This document shows, in pieces, positions 37,762-51,932 of a DNA stretch of 64,000 bases; position 1 is the stretch's first letter; each line of letters opens with the position of its first letter. The DNA is from Albugo candida (lineage: Eukaryota). Location: assembly GCA_040437565.1 (NCBI GenBank), contig JBDOQK010000027.1:186001-250000 (forward strand). Reading direction: 5' to 3'. Below the pieces are notes generated by a model. The model worked only from the letters and a program-made list of their open reading frames with translations, did not search any database and was not told the DNA's origin. A program made the translations under genes and the position numbers.

Positions 37762-39134
37762 TGCTGAAAGTTTTGAATTGCACTCGTTGCAATAGAGGTA
37801 GAAGTAAAAGTAAAATATATTTAGCATTAACCTTCTATGTTAATACTACAACATGCATGTGCAACGGCATCACAAACTTGACTATGTCACTTTTCACATG
37901 ACGTCCGTCTGGTACCACGTGGTGACCGTCTCTATTTGTTTCATCTGTCATGTTGTCACCAAAACAGCCGTTCAGGTGAGGTCGGACTTTACCTGTAATG
38001 GGTCTTGCAGTTGACGCGCAAACCCTTGACGAACTGTCAGGAAACGATCTCTTCTAACACCCCTCCTCGACGTCATCATGGATGGCCTCCAACTTGAACA
38101 TACCCCGCAGGCCCGAGATCCTTGGTGCTGATAGTGGCTTCGTCAGCAGATCCGCCATTATATCATTAGACTTGACAAAACTTGCTCACGACACCCAAAT
38201 CTTTTGTTTCGAGCGACACCATGTTGTCGAAAAAATTCCCAACGACATCGTTTGAGGTCCCGGTGAGCAACAAATCGTCGACATATACACCAACAACCGT
38301 AACATTCCCATCAGAATCTTTAATGTACANNNNNNNNNNNNNNNNNNNNNNNNNNNNNNNNNNNNNNNNNNNNNNNNNNNNNNNNNNNNNNNNNNNNNNN
38401 NNNNNNNNNNNNNNNNNNNNNNNNNNNNNGGCAACTTGCGACCTGAGCCTGTGGGTCGACCATATCCCTAGCATAAGCTGGTCTTCGGGCACCAAAGTAG
38501 GTGGCCGGCGAGAAATTACGTGAACGCCAGGTAGGAGAGTAATGCTCCAAAGTCTGAAGGTTTATAACTGTCCCAGATCCCAAAACCGAACCAGAAGTGC
38601 TTGACTACGCAGAGTCCTTGTGATGTCGGTTGACTTGTCTGTTCTGCGAGGATATTATCCCAAACATTCGCTCCGACAAATCACCAAGCATGACGAGCAC
38701 CTTGTCCAGTGCTGCCGCGGGCACTGCGACTTTTCTTCTAATTTTTGGTCGTTGGTCGTGTCCTGACCAACGACCGCCACATCGGGGGTAGCATGTTGGG
38801 CTGCACCACTAACACATTTCATTGGGCTCATAACCTGTTGAAAGTATTTGAATTGGACTTGTTGTAATAGAGGTAGAAGTAAAAGTAAAATTTATCTACA
38901 ATTAACCTTCTATGTTAACACTACAACACGCATACGCAACGGTATTACAAACTTCAATATGTCACGTTTCACATGACGTCCGTCTGGTACCACGTGGTGA
39001 CCGTCTCTATTCGTCCCATCTGTCATGTTTTTACCAAAACAGCCGTTCAGGTTAGGTCGGAATTTACCTATAATGGGTCATGCAGTTGACGCGCAAACCC
39101 TTGACGAACTGTCAGGAAACGATCTCTTCTAACA
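37762..39134 (-). mobile_element. Copia-type LTR retrotransposon, internally deleted or collapsed at the N gap
   Basis: Direct repeats of about 300 bp at 37762-38059 and 38836-39134. PBS GGTTATGAGCCC and PPT GAGGAGGGG. RT fragment VGVYVDDLLLTG. Confidence 0.88.
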
Positions 39135-40558
39135 GTACCTACCACAAAGAATTTTTTAGCCGAAGTATCGTGCTATCAAAAAAGAGTGTCGTCATGAGTG
39201 GTGACGACAACAAAGCCTCCTGCGAAGTGGAGAGGGCACGTCATTTGAAATATTGTTCAAACCCTGACAAGACGGGTGATACCGGAAAGCCGTTGCAGAG
39301 GTCCATCGCGTCGGATGCTGCGGAGAAATGGGCGCGATACAGTGAAGAAATAGCGCAAAGAAAACAGGAATATCTGGTCCAGCAGTATCAGAAGCAGCTT
39401 GCGTTGATTAAACACAGCAATCCATGAAACGAGAAATGGAGCAACAGAAAGAGTTCAATCAGTTCCAAGCGTTGGCTGAGGCTAGGGGCATGTATCAAAA
39501 CAAGATATCCTATCCAGAGGAACGATCTCGTGCGGATGGTGAAGCACGTTGGGACCGTTCTGCCAACAAGAGGAGAGGATCATGCAGGGGTAAGCGATAT
39601 TCGCACGGAGCGTCTGAGGTTGGCCGCTGGGGCAAATATGCCTGTACCCTTGATGTATAGGGGGTACAAAAAAGAGAAGAGGGAGTGCATATGGTGTACG
39701 ATCGCCATGTAAGGGTGCTCAATGCGAGCACTGGAATTCGCGTATTTTCGATGCCTGTCGGTGCATGTATCGACCACAAAGTGATGAACCGAATTTGTCA
39801 ATTTGAATTGCAGAAGCCTTAGGGGGACATCACGGAACAAGATTGGTTGAACTACATCCTCTCCGCATGGATTTCCGAGACCGACGACTACGGAAAATTG
39901 GATGTAGATTCAAAACATCTCAGCATGGACACAAACCTGCAAGATGCAGATAAAGAGTAGTGTGTGTACTTGCAGACTATATGAGAATATTGGGCATGCA
40001 TAATCTGGAGATGTTCACTGAAACTAGCCGAGGAGGGAAGTGGTCAACGCACCAACGCGTTACGTCCGACGAAATTTAAGAGATGATCCAGAAAGAGCTG
40101 GAGAAAAATCAAAATAAGGCTGTAAAAGGATCAACGGTGGTTTTTGTAAACTAAATCAACATACAGTTAAAATTTTCTCACGTTGAATCGTTTGACCGGA
40201 CGATAGCCGTCACAAGGTTATGACACATGGGCCGATGGAATGGAACATTGCAAACTCAAAATCGAGGTCAGCCGAAGATATTGGAAAAGCAAGGGCGAAA
40301 AAACAGCAATGGGTTCACTTGGTGCAGAACTGCAAGTGTTGCATAAATTACCACGGAGTGTTTCACTGACCAGGTGTCACTCAGAGGAGGCAAGAAAGGT
40401 ATTCGACTAAAACCACAAAAAACTAGAAAAGTAATTACCGGGAGCCGAACGATTGGTGCAGTGGTCTTCGAAAAGCCAAAAGGAACTATATTGGGATGGG
40501 TTGTAGATGATCACTCCGGACAGCGATGACGACAAATCTGTAGTTAACCATCGCTTAT

Positions 40559-40936
40559 TGTGAAGACTTATTGCTCACTTAGAAATTTAAAACTGCCTAA
40601 ATATAGGTCGTTAGTTCGCTACCCTGTGCTACCTCTAAGCCTATCATTCTAGGTCCCTCTATAATGTTCCTAATGACGTCATCTTGTGACNNNNNNNNNN
40701 NNNNNNNNNNNNNNNNNNNNNNNNNNNNNNNNNNNNNNNNNNNNNNNNNNNNNNNNNNNNNNNNNNNNNNNNNNNNNNNNNNNNNNNNNNACCTCTAAGC
40801 CTATCATTCTAGGTCCCTCTATAATGTTCCTAATGACGTCATCTTGTGACGTCAGACCATGATGTCAGCCTGTGACGTCATGGCCTGTCTAACGTACTGT
40901 CAGCTCAATCTTGTTGCCCGACTCGGCGGCATGACA
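40559..40936. mobile_element. Solo LTR inserted in the Gypsy element
   Basis: TG...CA ends with exact 5-bp TSD CTTAT (40554-40558 and 40937-40941). Contains an N gap and repeated TGACGTCA motifs. Confidence 0.7.
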
Positions 40937-43099
40937 CTTATCGCCCAGCTACGACAAATGGAGTGTGGTTAACAATTCAATATCTTGCGATACCAATTTA
41001 AATTTAGAGTTTCGCTCAGCAAAAATCGAAAATACGTCAAGCGGTGAAGATAAACGTTGAATTCTTGAAGGCCGCAGAATACATGGTGCTGAGAAACGTG
41101 GGTTGTTGTATTGCGAAAAAATATTCTCCGACTGGATTGGGACAGGTCCTACTATGAAATGAGGTCCTGCATCGATTAGGCCACGATCCACGCCAGATAC
41201 TGCATCACATAAGGCTACGTATGACCGATGTGGACTTTGATCGCGTTGAAAATAAAGGCGATTTGCAAAGGGAGATTCAAAGTGCTTGCATTCAAAATGA
41301 AGAAGCCAATATTACGGAGGAGGAGCAAGTCCTCGTAAGAGCCGAAAAGAAATAAACTGATTTCCTGAAATTCATGAACAAGATCCTTCCGAGGCTCAGC
41401 TTATAATAAAAAACATATTGGCGAAAGCAAAGGTGCATGGATGTAGCGACGGGTTTGCCACTGAGCTGCAAAGAATACTCTCGAAATATTAGGATTGTTT
41501 TCGAGTGCGATTGGGGAACAATCCACCAGTCGATATGCCACCTCTGTAAGTGCGTCTAAAGCACGGTGCAAAATCGGTACAATGCAAATCTCGAAGACAC
41601 CCACCAGCGCGCCGACAATTTACGCGAGAACATCTGAAAAAAATGGTGGATGCAGGGTTGTGTTACAGGAATCCCCAAACCGTTGGTCCTTTCCCCCGAT
41701 CATTGTTAAGAAGCATTTTGCTGCCAAATTCCAAATGACTGTGGACGTGCGGGTGGTTGATGCATACTCAGAGTACTGTGGCCCATGCCTCTGATAGAAG
41801 TTATTTTTGATCACCTTCAAGGCTCCGGACTCTATTGCTTATTGGACTATTTCAAAGGCTACGAGCAGTTTTTACTGGATGAAAGCTGTCAGGAGTTATT
41901 TAGTTTTTTAACTGATATGGATGTGTACACCCCAACAAGAGTTCTCATGGGCGGCAAAGAAAGTGTGGTCTGCTGGTAAGCGACTGTACAAGTGTACAAG
42001 GGGCTAATGATATGGTTAGATGACCTACTTGATATGATACCGATGAACAGAAGTTGTTGATATTGTCGGAAAAAGTGCTGATAATTTGCGAAACGAAACG
42101 TTTGAAGTTGAACCCGAGCAAATGCAGCTTTTTCCAGCAGGAAGCAAAATCGTGTGGCCGTACTCACAGTGGATGTGATATGAAGCATGATACGGAGAGT
42201 ATTGCTGCCCTGATTAATCTCTCCTCCCCGGCAAATAGCCAAGAGTTGAAGCAGTTTCTGTGGTTTGGAATGGATGCGTTCGTTGATTTCCGGCTACAAC
42301 CGCATAGTGGCAACGCTAACAAATGCCATGGATCGAGCGTACAAAAGCGAGCCGGAGGTCGTAAAATCTCTCAGGTCAAGAGATTCAATATGGATGAAAT
42401 AAGAAGAACTATACCTCGACCTTGCAGAAAAGGCACTATCGAAATTAGTGGAGTTATCCCACCTGGACATCAACAAGCAACTATGCGTGTCCACGGATGC
42501 ATCTGGTTGCCATTGGTGAGCAGTTATAATGCAGGTTCCTAAACAAGGCAAAGCAAAACGTTCGTACGAGCAAGAACATCAGTCTTCAATGTTTTTGAGT
42601 AGAACCTCTAGGCGCTGCCATCAAGTGGTCATCATGGGAAAGGAGGCCTACGCGCTTGAAAAAACGTGTCGCCGTGCCGACTACCTGCTGCACTACCCAA
42701 GTGGATTCAATTCGTACACTTATAATCGAAAGCCACGGTATGTATCCAACCATAGCAGTATTTTCGCAAGTGTACCGAATCACACACGGCCGCAAAGTTG
42801 AAGGTCAGCGGTGGGCCATCCTTCAAATGGCATATCAGTACGAATTGGGCGGCCTTTATCTCTCAAAATAGATGGAGCGTTGCACACACCTCTCTTATGG
42901 TTATCTTTGAGCACGATCAGCATTATGTTATATTCGGATCTCTCAAAATAGGCAGCCTCCAGGAGTCATAAAAATACATGACCACACTGGGCAATTTCTG
43001 GAATGACAAAAGTAATGCATGAATGCAAGGCGAGCCAGCATATTCGAAGTGCCCAAACGAGCATCGCACAGCTTTATCAAGGAATTGAACTGCAAACTT

Positions 43100-44011
43100 C
43101 ACCGGAATGCTCCCCATCTATGAGCGGATTGCGACGGTCTAGCAACAGGTCGAGTATTCATCGATTTCACCTTACCTCATAGCGGCCATTGTTTTATTCA
43201 CCTTTCGTGATGCATTTGGATTTAGTACTCCCCAGCCTTTCTTTTTGCTGATATTTTCAGCTCACTTGTAAGCCACGTAAGGCTCGATCTCATTAAGCAA
43301 TCGATGATAGGAAGACTCCGATTTCCCTTCAACATGCTGTTTACCGCCTCCACGTTGTTTATTGTCAAAGTGTTATATCGTGGACATGTTGAGTAAGCTG
43401 TTGGCCAATTTTCACTCCTGTTCAGATTGGAGATACTCGATTTCGCCCTATCATACTCCACTGTTGTTCGTGAACGAACCAATATCCACGCCAAATTCTT
43501 TAAGAACTTGGCCTTCTATTTCTTGTTAAACTTTTCCATCAAATGCCGGAAGCAGAAAAATGTGGGACGTCTGGTGCCGATGTATGCATAGTTTTCATAA
43601 ATTTGTTGTCTCTATCCGATATCACGAATGCTGGAGATGGCTGGAGGTGAGAGACTAGGAACTTCAAAACCAGCTCCAGTTATCTTCATTCTCCACCAGC
43701 ACGAGCCCAGCTCCGATGATTTGGATCTCGTTTCCATTTCGAAAGCACGCAACAGGAAGAATCCGACCGATTGATGTCTTCATAAATGTGCCGTCCACGG
43801 ATATCCCACGCTCACTGTGTGACTTATATGCTTTAAGCCCTTCACGGAATATGATACTCAATCGCAAACATCCACCATCTACGATTTCATGCTTGGCTTT
43901 GTGGCCTCGAATGTTGAGTGCAGCCATGTAGAATGGAATGAGGCTGTATTGCTCAATATCACTTACGTATAAATCAAGCTTCAACTTGTTGAGTGCGTGA
44001 GCACAGTTCAT
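43100..44011 (-). mobile_element. Mutator-like (MULE) transposase remnant
   Basis: ISVDGTFMK...ENEDNWSWF, VISDRD, FCFRHL and TINNVEAVNSMLK DDE-type segments, frameshifted. Confidence 0.8.
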
Positions 44012-45527
44012 ATATGTGGCGGAATTCCTTCGTTCTTTAACTTTTTTTTATCATCACGGGAGTCACTTTCCTACCGGAGATTATGGCCATATCTCTTACT
44101 GCAGGATTTAGAGCAATTTGATTCGCAGTTTTATATCTACGAGACTCCTACGACGATTCGAATACTTCAGCGGTTTCTTGCTGCTTTTCTGCACAATAAG
44201 CGCCATTATGGGCATGTAAGAACGTCCCGGGTGGAGAGCGCCCATGCTGCCCTCAAAAAAATAGATCTCTATGTCAACAGGTAAAATTTATTTTTATGCT
44301 GATATTTATCTGAAATTTCATCCCTTGCAGGTGATCTGCTTTCAGTGGTTTAGCAGTTCGTCTCGCCTGCGAAGGCCAGAAAGATAAGATGCATTCATCA
44401 TGAATAGAAATTGAAAAACGAGGTTCTACGAGCACATTGTACAATTCACCTCTCTGCATCGAGCTGGGATTTAGAATCCAGATAAAGGCATTAGTCTCAC
44501 ATACAAGCCCAACAGCCGTAAATCTGAAGCGAAGAACTATTCTGTGGACCCAATTTCCAAATATCGTTTGCTGTCATAGTAGTTGGCAAAACGCAAAATA
44601 GCGGGCTGTAGTCGCGATGGAGCTTGGTTCCATGTTCTCAGAAGTGATGGGGAAGATTTTAGTAGTAGGTCTGCGCTCAGCTCACCGGCAGTACCAGCAG
44701 CGGCTTAGTGATGACCGATATTGTCAAGGTTTGTAGACTGCGATCAAGTGCAAGTAATTGCGACACGTGCCATTAATTGCAACTAAGTGCAACTTCAATT
44801 TACGTGTAGGCCTGACGACATCTACAATGGGCTATCCTTGCACCCATGCTTTTCGTCATCAAATAATACCGCTGTCTGTTGATGATTTTGATCAGCACTG
44901 GAGGCTGGTACAGCCAGTGCCAGTTCATGGGACCAAGCCAATTGGAATTGAAATAGCATTGAAGATGATAAATTAAGAGTATGAGAATGCCTCTAATCAT
45001 CGTAAGCGTGCGCTGCTAGACTATGCCTTGGCAGTCCCAGACAGATAGTCACGATCCTGTGCAAGTGCGCACGCGTAGGCCATCGAGCTCAACGCAGCGA
45101 CTTCTATCGCAGTTTGAGTATGTTAACGCTGCTTTGGATGGTCCTGTTCATCGCCGAAGATGTCGAAAATGCCAAAAGACAGGTCACAATGGCAGAACCT
45201 GTCTTTAAGAAGCAACAGTAACACCAACAGCACTAGCAACACTTGCAGCAGTAGATTTAGATACAAACTTAGATTAAGTAGTACAAAACTTGCGGGAACC
45301 GAAGCTTTTTTTTGATTTTATTGCTTTCATTTCGTTTCTTTATTTTGACCAATCAGAGGCCACAATGTTCATTAATTTATGAATGGTGGGGGCTGATTAA
45401 GGATTCCCGTAATATTGATTTTATTCAATCTGTTATATTTTTTAGACCAATCAGAGACCATTAAGCTTTTAATTTATGGAGGCTGGGGGCTGATTAAAGA
45501 AAAGGTGGGGGCTGAATCACGATTCCC
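44012..45527 (+). mobile_element. Second MULE remnant (3' part with SWIM-like and zinc-knuckle segments)
   Basis: TSRVESAHAALKK, MGYPCTH and RRCRKCQKTGHNGRTC. Terminal repeats ending GATTCCC. Confidence 0.7.
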
Positions 45528-45545
45528 ATTTATTTTATTTTATTC

Positions 45546-46051
45546 GGGAACCGTTAAAATCCCCTCAGTCCTTTTGGTAAAATCCCCTCAGTTTAATATG
45601 ATTGGCTAATGTTGGAGACGTTTCGATATGATTGACTAATTTCCGAGACTGAGATTCAGCCTTATCGACTGCGAAAAGGCTATCATTCTCACCCGGAAAC
45701 CATCTCTAAGGACCAAGTTTATAAAACAGAAGGTTCTTGAGTCATGAATGACCCGTACATAGTGAAATAATAGGTCTCAGTTTACAAAATAGAATATTTT
45801 CGTGCTATCAACAATCATGAAATGCGGAATAGTCTAACAACAATGAGATACGCGAAAACGCGCGAGCGCTAAATGAATTGAGTGATTGCAAAATTGAGCG
45901 CAAAATAGTTCACGTCGAAAAGTTGCGGGTAGAGCTATCAAATTGTCACTTACATAGGCGTACGTTAGCACTTTGCAAGCATAAAAGTAGCCAAGCATAT
46001 CAAACTGAGGGGATTTTACTGAAAGGACTGAGGGGATTTTTAACGGCTCCC
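45546..46051. mobile_element. Non-autonomous MULE/MITE
   Basis: TIR GGGA(A/G)CCGTTAAAATCCCCTCAG at both ends. Flanks ATTTTATTC and ATTTTATTA (8/9 TSD). Confidence 0.75.
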
Positions 46052-46079
46052 ATTTTATTATTATATTATTATATTTTTT

Positions 46080-46726
46080 GGGAGCGCGTATGATCACACC
46101 CCCTTTAATTATTATCATCCCCCACTCAGGAGCCAATAAAACCATTCCGTGTCAATTTCACCAATCAATGATAATGACGTAAGAAAATAAGTTATGACAA
46201 GTATTATCGAAAGTACCGTAAGTGCAAAGGGCAAAGTGCATCGTTGAGTGTCATTTAGTTTGAATAAAATTTACAGTAACAAACGCATCAGTTTACTGCC
46301 ATAGTTCGAGTCTGATTATCAGATAGACACTTTACTGATGTATATGTATAGTCACTTGGACCGAATGCAGACTGAAATATAGTATAATTGAAAAGTCAAA
46401 CGATCACTTTCGCTGATACGATCAGAATACTCGCAGCACGTAGACGGCACGTAGAATACATGAGATAGCTGTCCTATATCATCACGCTACTCAACTCGCC
46501 TTTGATACTAATTGTATGCAGACATCCTGCCGCGATTAACAAGTTGCTGGACTGGACTATTACATGAATATTACATTTCTAGTTATATACATTTCATGAG
46601 CTAATTCATCAACTATCCGCCTAATAATTACGTAATTGGTGGGATTGGTACGAAATGATTTCATTGGCTCCTGAATACGGGAGGGGGTGTTAATAATCAA
46701 AGAGGGGTGTGATTATACGCGGTCCC
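46080..46726. mobile_element. Non-autonomous TIR element (MULE-like)
   Basis: Imperfect TIRs of about 90 bp beginning GGGA(G/C)CGCGTAT(G/A)ATCACACCCC. TATTTTTT on both flanks. Confidence 0.7.
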
Positions 46727-46736
46727 TATTTTTTTA

Positions 46737-49700
46737 GGGGGAACCGTTAGTATCCCCTCAGTTTGATATGATTGGCTAATTTTATGCTAACGTACGCCTA
46801 GCTAAGGGACAATATGATAATATGATAGCACTGCCCGCTACTCATCAATGCCAACTATTCTGTGCTCAATTCGCAATCATTCAGTTCAGTTCACGTTCGC
46901 CTTTGTTTGTTTGTGATCATTCTAGCTAGACTATTTCTAAACATATACTATTCTGTAAACTGAGTCTTGATATTTCGCTGTTTACGGGTCATTCATGGCA
47001 CAAGAACCTTCTATCCTATAAAACTGGTCCTTTATATCCTATTGTTGCACTTTCACATCTTCGTGCGTTGTGTCCTACCCTCCTGCAGCGGCCACATCTT
47101 CTTTGTATGGGTGAATCCAAGGCTGCTGCAACGAGCTCAAATTTCCGACGAATTTCTTTGCGTCGATGATGCAGATGCTTGATTCCTTCGGGTCGATCCA
47201 GATGGCCTCCCACGCACTTGCAGCAGCTGGAGTGCCGATTATCATGTCCAGCAAACGGCGTTTCACGTGCGAAGAAGACTCAGTTGTGTACGATTCCGGT
47301 ACCGCTTGTAATTGTTAATGATGAAGCTCCTATCTACGGTGGAACTATCGAGCTAAGTACATGTCTAGCTTTCAAGATTAATTCCACTTTTTCATATCCT
47401 CGAATGTCGTGCGCTATACCATCTTTCTCAAGCCACCTCTAATTCAACAGGTTATGAGCCCAAGCTCGATGGAACAGAACGACGTATTGCGTGAAGATAA
47501 TTATTTTGTATGGGAGTTCAATGCTCGAATGAGGTTAGCAAGGAAGAACCTCCACGGACACATCCATGCATCGAAGATTCTGAATGAGGCCGATCCAATT
47601 TGGAAAGAATCAATGACGTTAAGGCCTTTGCCATCATTGCGACCATGATCAGCCCGAAGTTCCAGTCATTGATTCGATCGACTATAAGTACACCTGAAGC
47701 GTGGGAAATCCTGGATAACTTCTTCGTTCGGCGAACCACGCACAATCGCATACAAATAAGACGACAAGTGCACGAATTCAGGATGGAAAAGGGAGGAAAC
47801 GCATTGGAGAACCTCATGAAATTTGAAGAGATTTGAACAAGAATGGCTGCAATTGAAGATAACATGGATAAAGATGAACTAATCATCTTACTATTAGGCA
47901 GCCTATCCGTTGAATACGACTCAATCGCAAAGATCATCGAAAATATACCCAATATGAATATTTTACAAGCGAAAGAAATGATCCAGCAGAATATGAATCG
48001 CTGCAACGGAATGAGTCCGGGGAAATTGCTTTGAAAGTAACGAAGCAGTTCAGAAAAGAAAAACGAGGAAGCTATAAACAGCGGGATGGAGCAGCGTACT
48101 GATCATAAAATTTCCGAGTGCCGACAGAATCGAGAGCGGTCAAGACAGCAACCAAGTGGTGAACATGCATTTATGGCGTCAGACAACAAAGCTGACATGA
48201 ATTGGTTGCTAGATAGTGGTGCCAGCAGTCACATGAGTCAATTTAAAAAAAATTCACGGGTCTGAAGCTACTCAAATCATCCATTCAAATCACTGTATCA
48301 AATGGCCTTCAACTAACAGCCACAAAAATTGGAAACGTTCCTGTTACACTCGAAAATGGCGCTTCAGTAAAAATCTATGATGTGCTATCAGTACCAGGCA
48401 TGGATCGACGACTACTGTTCGTATCATCTTTGGTGTCAAGAGGGCTCAAAGTAAAGTTTGAAGGACAATGGTGTAGCATCATGAAAAACGGTCAACTGGT
48501 GACCAATCTCAAGAAAAGGGGCAAGCTGTACACATTGCGATGTTTATCCAGCGTGGAGAATGCAAGTCAAGCAAACGAGGAACAAGATTTAAAATTATGG
48601 CATTCGCGACTTGGAAATATATCCATTTCGAATCTTATAAACGCCGGTAAATGTGTCGATGGGATGAACGTGGATTTGAAGCAAGAAGATGATCATCAAA
48701 TGTGTGTAAGATGTATGAATGGGAAATTGAATGTGGAATCATTCCCAAAATCAAAGAATAGTGAGATCAAGACGTCAGGAGTTCTTGAACTTATACACAA
48801 TGACGTAATGGATCCCATGCAAATCAAATCACACGGGGGTGCAAAGTATGTTCTCAAAAAAGAAAAAGAAAAACGTTTATCGACGATTACGCCAGATATA
48901 CTGTGGCCTATTTCCTCGCATCGAAGCGTGAGGTGTTTGAAGAGTTTGTGGAATATAAAGCTTTGATGGAAAATCAAATAAACGAAATAAAAAGGTGTAT
49001 TCGAATCGACAATGGGGGAATACCTCAACACGAAGTTCACATACCTTTGTCGAAACGCCGGGATTATACATCAGACAACTGCACCTTACTCGCCTCGCCA
49101 AAACGGTTTGGCTGAGAGAATGAACCTTATATTGATGGAGAGAGCTCGATCTATGACAGCATTGAAGAGTGTCTACAAGCAGTTGTGGGCGGAAGTAATC
49201 AATACCGCAGTGTATCACCAATCGCATTCCATGTCCGTTTGGAAATCCAAGACACTTATTGAGGTTTGTTTTGGAAAGCGACCGAATTTGAGCAACTTGT
49301 GCGTTGTTGGTTCCAAAGTTTTTGCACGCATCGACAAGGCAAAGAGACAAAAACTGAATGAAAAAGGATTTCCTTGTTTGCCTGTCGGATACTCGATAAT
49401 GACAAAGGGTTATCGAGTCATCGATTCTATAACAAGCACATTAGTGGTAGTGCGAACAGCTGCATTTGAAGAATCGAACAAAATCAAATACGCCCAAGTG
49501 GTTGATGGGCACTTGGGAGAGACGTATAGTACGAGAATTGACCGCGAGCATGATGAGGATGTACAAATTGATAATACTGTACGAAGAATTCATGTTGATG
49601 TTGAAATGGAGGAAAGTCATGAGCCCTCATCATCGCAGCTCGACGTGGTCACAACGCATAATATGGATATGGAAATTGAAGATAGTGCTGTAACAGACCA

Positions 49701-51815
49701 TTTTCCCAATACGGCTATGGTGCCGAGGGGGGGAAGATATGATGATGAAGATCATAATCGTGGTACGCATTCTGGACGACACAATTTGTTGGGGAATCCG
49801 CAATTAGCACTCATGAACGGGGGTCTCTCAGACCCAATCGTATCTTATGAGAGTGATTAAGTTGAAGATAATGGACGACCCAAGAAACGATAAAACGGTA
49901 CAGACTTGAAGGTGAAGAAGATAATGCAGCGTTGGAAGTACCAAGTTGCTGTCAAGGTGTACGGAAATTACCGGAAGCGGAGCAGTGGTTTGAAGCTATC
50001 CAAGCGGAATTGGCAGCTTTGGAGGAAAAGTCAACTTTGACCGTAGAAATACGTACATCAAGTCAGAATGTGATCGCCACCAAATTGTTATTTTCAATCA
50101 AGAAAAATGAAAAAGGATAAATCCAACGTTATAAGGCAAGACTTGTCGCACTTGGCTATCGACAAACCCCAGGAATCGACTACTTTGAGACGACCTCACG
50201 TGTTGCAAGCTTGGATTCAATTCTTGTATCCTTGGTATTGTGCTGTCACCGAGTCTATCATGTGCAGCAATATGATGTGGATACGGCATTTCTTAATGGA
50301 ACTCTGAAAGAAGGTGTATTCAGTTGACCACCGGAAGGAGTATCAATTCAACCAAACCATGTTTGCAAGTTGAACCGAAGTTTGTACGGACTAAGGCAAG
50401 CTGCTGCTACATGGTTCAAGACAATTTCACGTGTTTTTGTGGACATGGGATTTTAAGCATGCGTTTCGGACGCGTGTGTATTTTTTCGTCAAGATGACCA
50501 GGGTTCATGGATATACGTAATTCTGTATGGAGGGGTTTCGACTAACGCGATCAAGAAGGTCGCAGACAAATTATCAAGTCATTTTCAGCTAAAAACGCTA
50601 GGTAAAGTGCGTTTTATTCTCGGCATCGAAGTCGTGTGCAATATGAGCGTGAAACAGCTCAAGATCATTCAGATTGCATGCATCGCCAAATGGTAGATAA
50701 GTTCAACCAAGTCACGGCAAAACCGGCACACAATCCAAATGTGGAAGGTCAAAATCTGTTCAAGTGTGAAGAAAAGGACCCGAGAATGGAAATCGTCGGT
50801 ATTGGTCCTTAGTGGGGTCACTATTGTACGTGGCTACCGGAACAAGACCAGATATTGCGTTCGCCGTGTGCCAATTAAGTCGTCATTTGGAGAAGCAATT
50901 CGTGTTCTACGTTACTTGAAGACTACTGAAGTAAATGGAATTTGCTATGGGAGCAAGTCTGGCGAGCTAATGCTGAGTGCATTCAGTGATGCCGATTGGG
51001 GAAGTTAAAAGCACAATTGACGTTCGACGTCACGAGTGATGGTAATGATCAACAATTGTCCAGTGATTTTCAAGTAATATATGCAACGCAGCGTCTCTCT
51101 AAGTACGGAGGAAGCCGAATATGTGGAACTTTTATTGTATGTACAAGAAGTGTCGTAAACAAAGAGTCCATTGGTGGAGATGAAAATCACAATTGACGGT
51201 CCACACAGTGTATACGAAGACAACCAAAGTGCAATCGCAATTACAAACAACGAAGGACATCAGATTCGTGCGAAACACACCGATATTCGCTATCATTTTT
51301 TGTACGCGATCATGTTAAGGCCAAGAATGTTCACCTGGAGTACATTAAGACTCGGCTGCAATTAGCTGAATTCTTGATTAAGCATTTCGACAAAGAAGCT
51401 GAAGTTTCTCGTGACCAAATGAAGCATTGGAACTTATTAGTCGACGGGGAGTGTTGACGATGAAGCTGCTATGTACGGTTGAACTATCGAGCTAAGTACA
51501 TGTCTAGGTTTCAAGGTTAATTCCACTTTTCATTTTTCTCGAACATCGTGCGCTATACAATCTTTCTCAACCCCCTCTGATTCACCAATAATGCACTGGA
51601 CATAGTTGCGGAATTTGATTTACTGCCAGAACCCATGCGTGCTGGTTGATCCAAACCCCAATACTGATGGAAATTGGCTACCCCTAGTAATCAGATAATT
51701 GAGTTGTAAGCTTGGCTCAATCTCGTCCAAATTTTCATATTAAACTAAATATCATCTAATCATATCAAACTGAGGAAATTTCACCAAACGCACTGAGGCG
51801 ATTTTAACGGCTACC
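46737..51815 (-). mobile_element. MULE element interrupted by a Copia insertion
   Basis: TIR family shared with 45546-46051 at both ends. Flanks TATTTTTTTA and TATTTTTATA. Zinc knuckle RRCGRCRRVGHNARRC at 47016-47213. Confidence 0.6.
47313..51587 (+). mobile_element. Full-length decayed Copia LTR retrotransposon
   Basis: LTRs at 47313-47449 and 51452-51587. TSD GTAAT/ATAAT. PBS GGTTATGAGCCC. Order gag, protease (WLLDSGASSHM), integrase (PYSPRQNGLAERMN), RT, RNase H (FSDADWG, LSTEEAEY), with many stops and frameshifts. Confidence 0.92.
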
Positions 51816-51932
51816 TATTTTTATAATCCCTATTTAGGGGGTATAACGATACCGGTCTTCTCAATAAAATTAAGTTAGGGGGTGTGGCTATAATCCCTGA
51901 AAAAAACTCATGTTTATGCACGCAATTACATT

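Larger units (their letters stand above)
37276..42870 (+). mobile_element. Decayed Ty3/Gypsy-type LTR retrotransposon carrying nested insertions
   Basis: Putative 5' LTR TGTAGTT...AACTACA (37276-37445, duplicated across gap). Gag-like remnants at 39.2-40.4 kb. RT remnants LLDYFKGYEQF, YTPTRVLMG, WLDDLL. RNase H remnant TDASG with stops and frameshifts. Confidence 0.7.

Noticed and set aside
40670-40890. Repeated TGACGTCA as host CRE-like regulatory sites or a CRISPR-like array
   Set aside because: They lie inside a solo LTR, are partly duplicated by the gap, and show no repeat-spacer periodicity.
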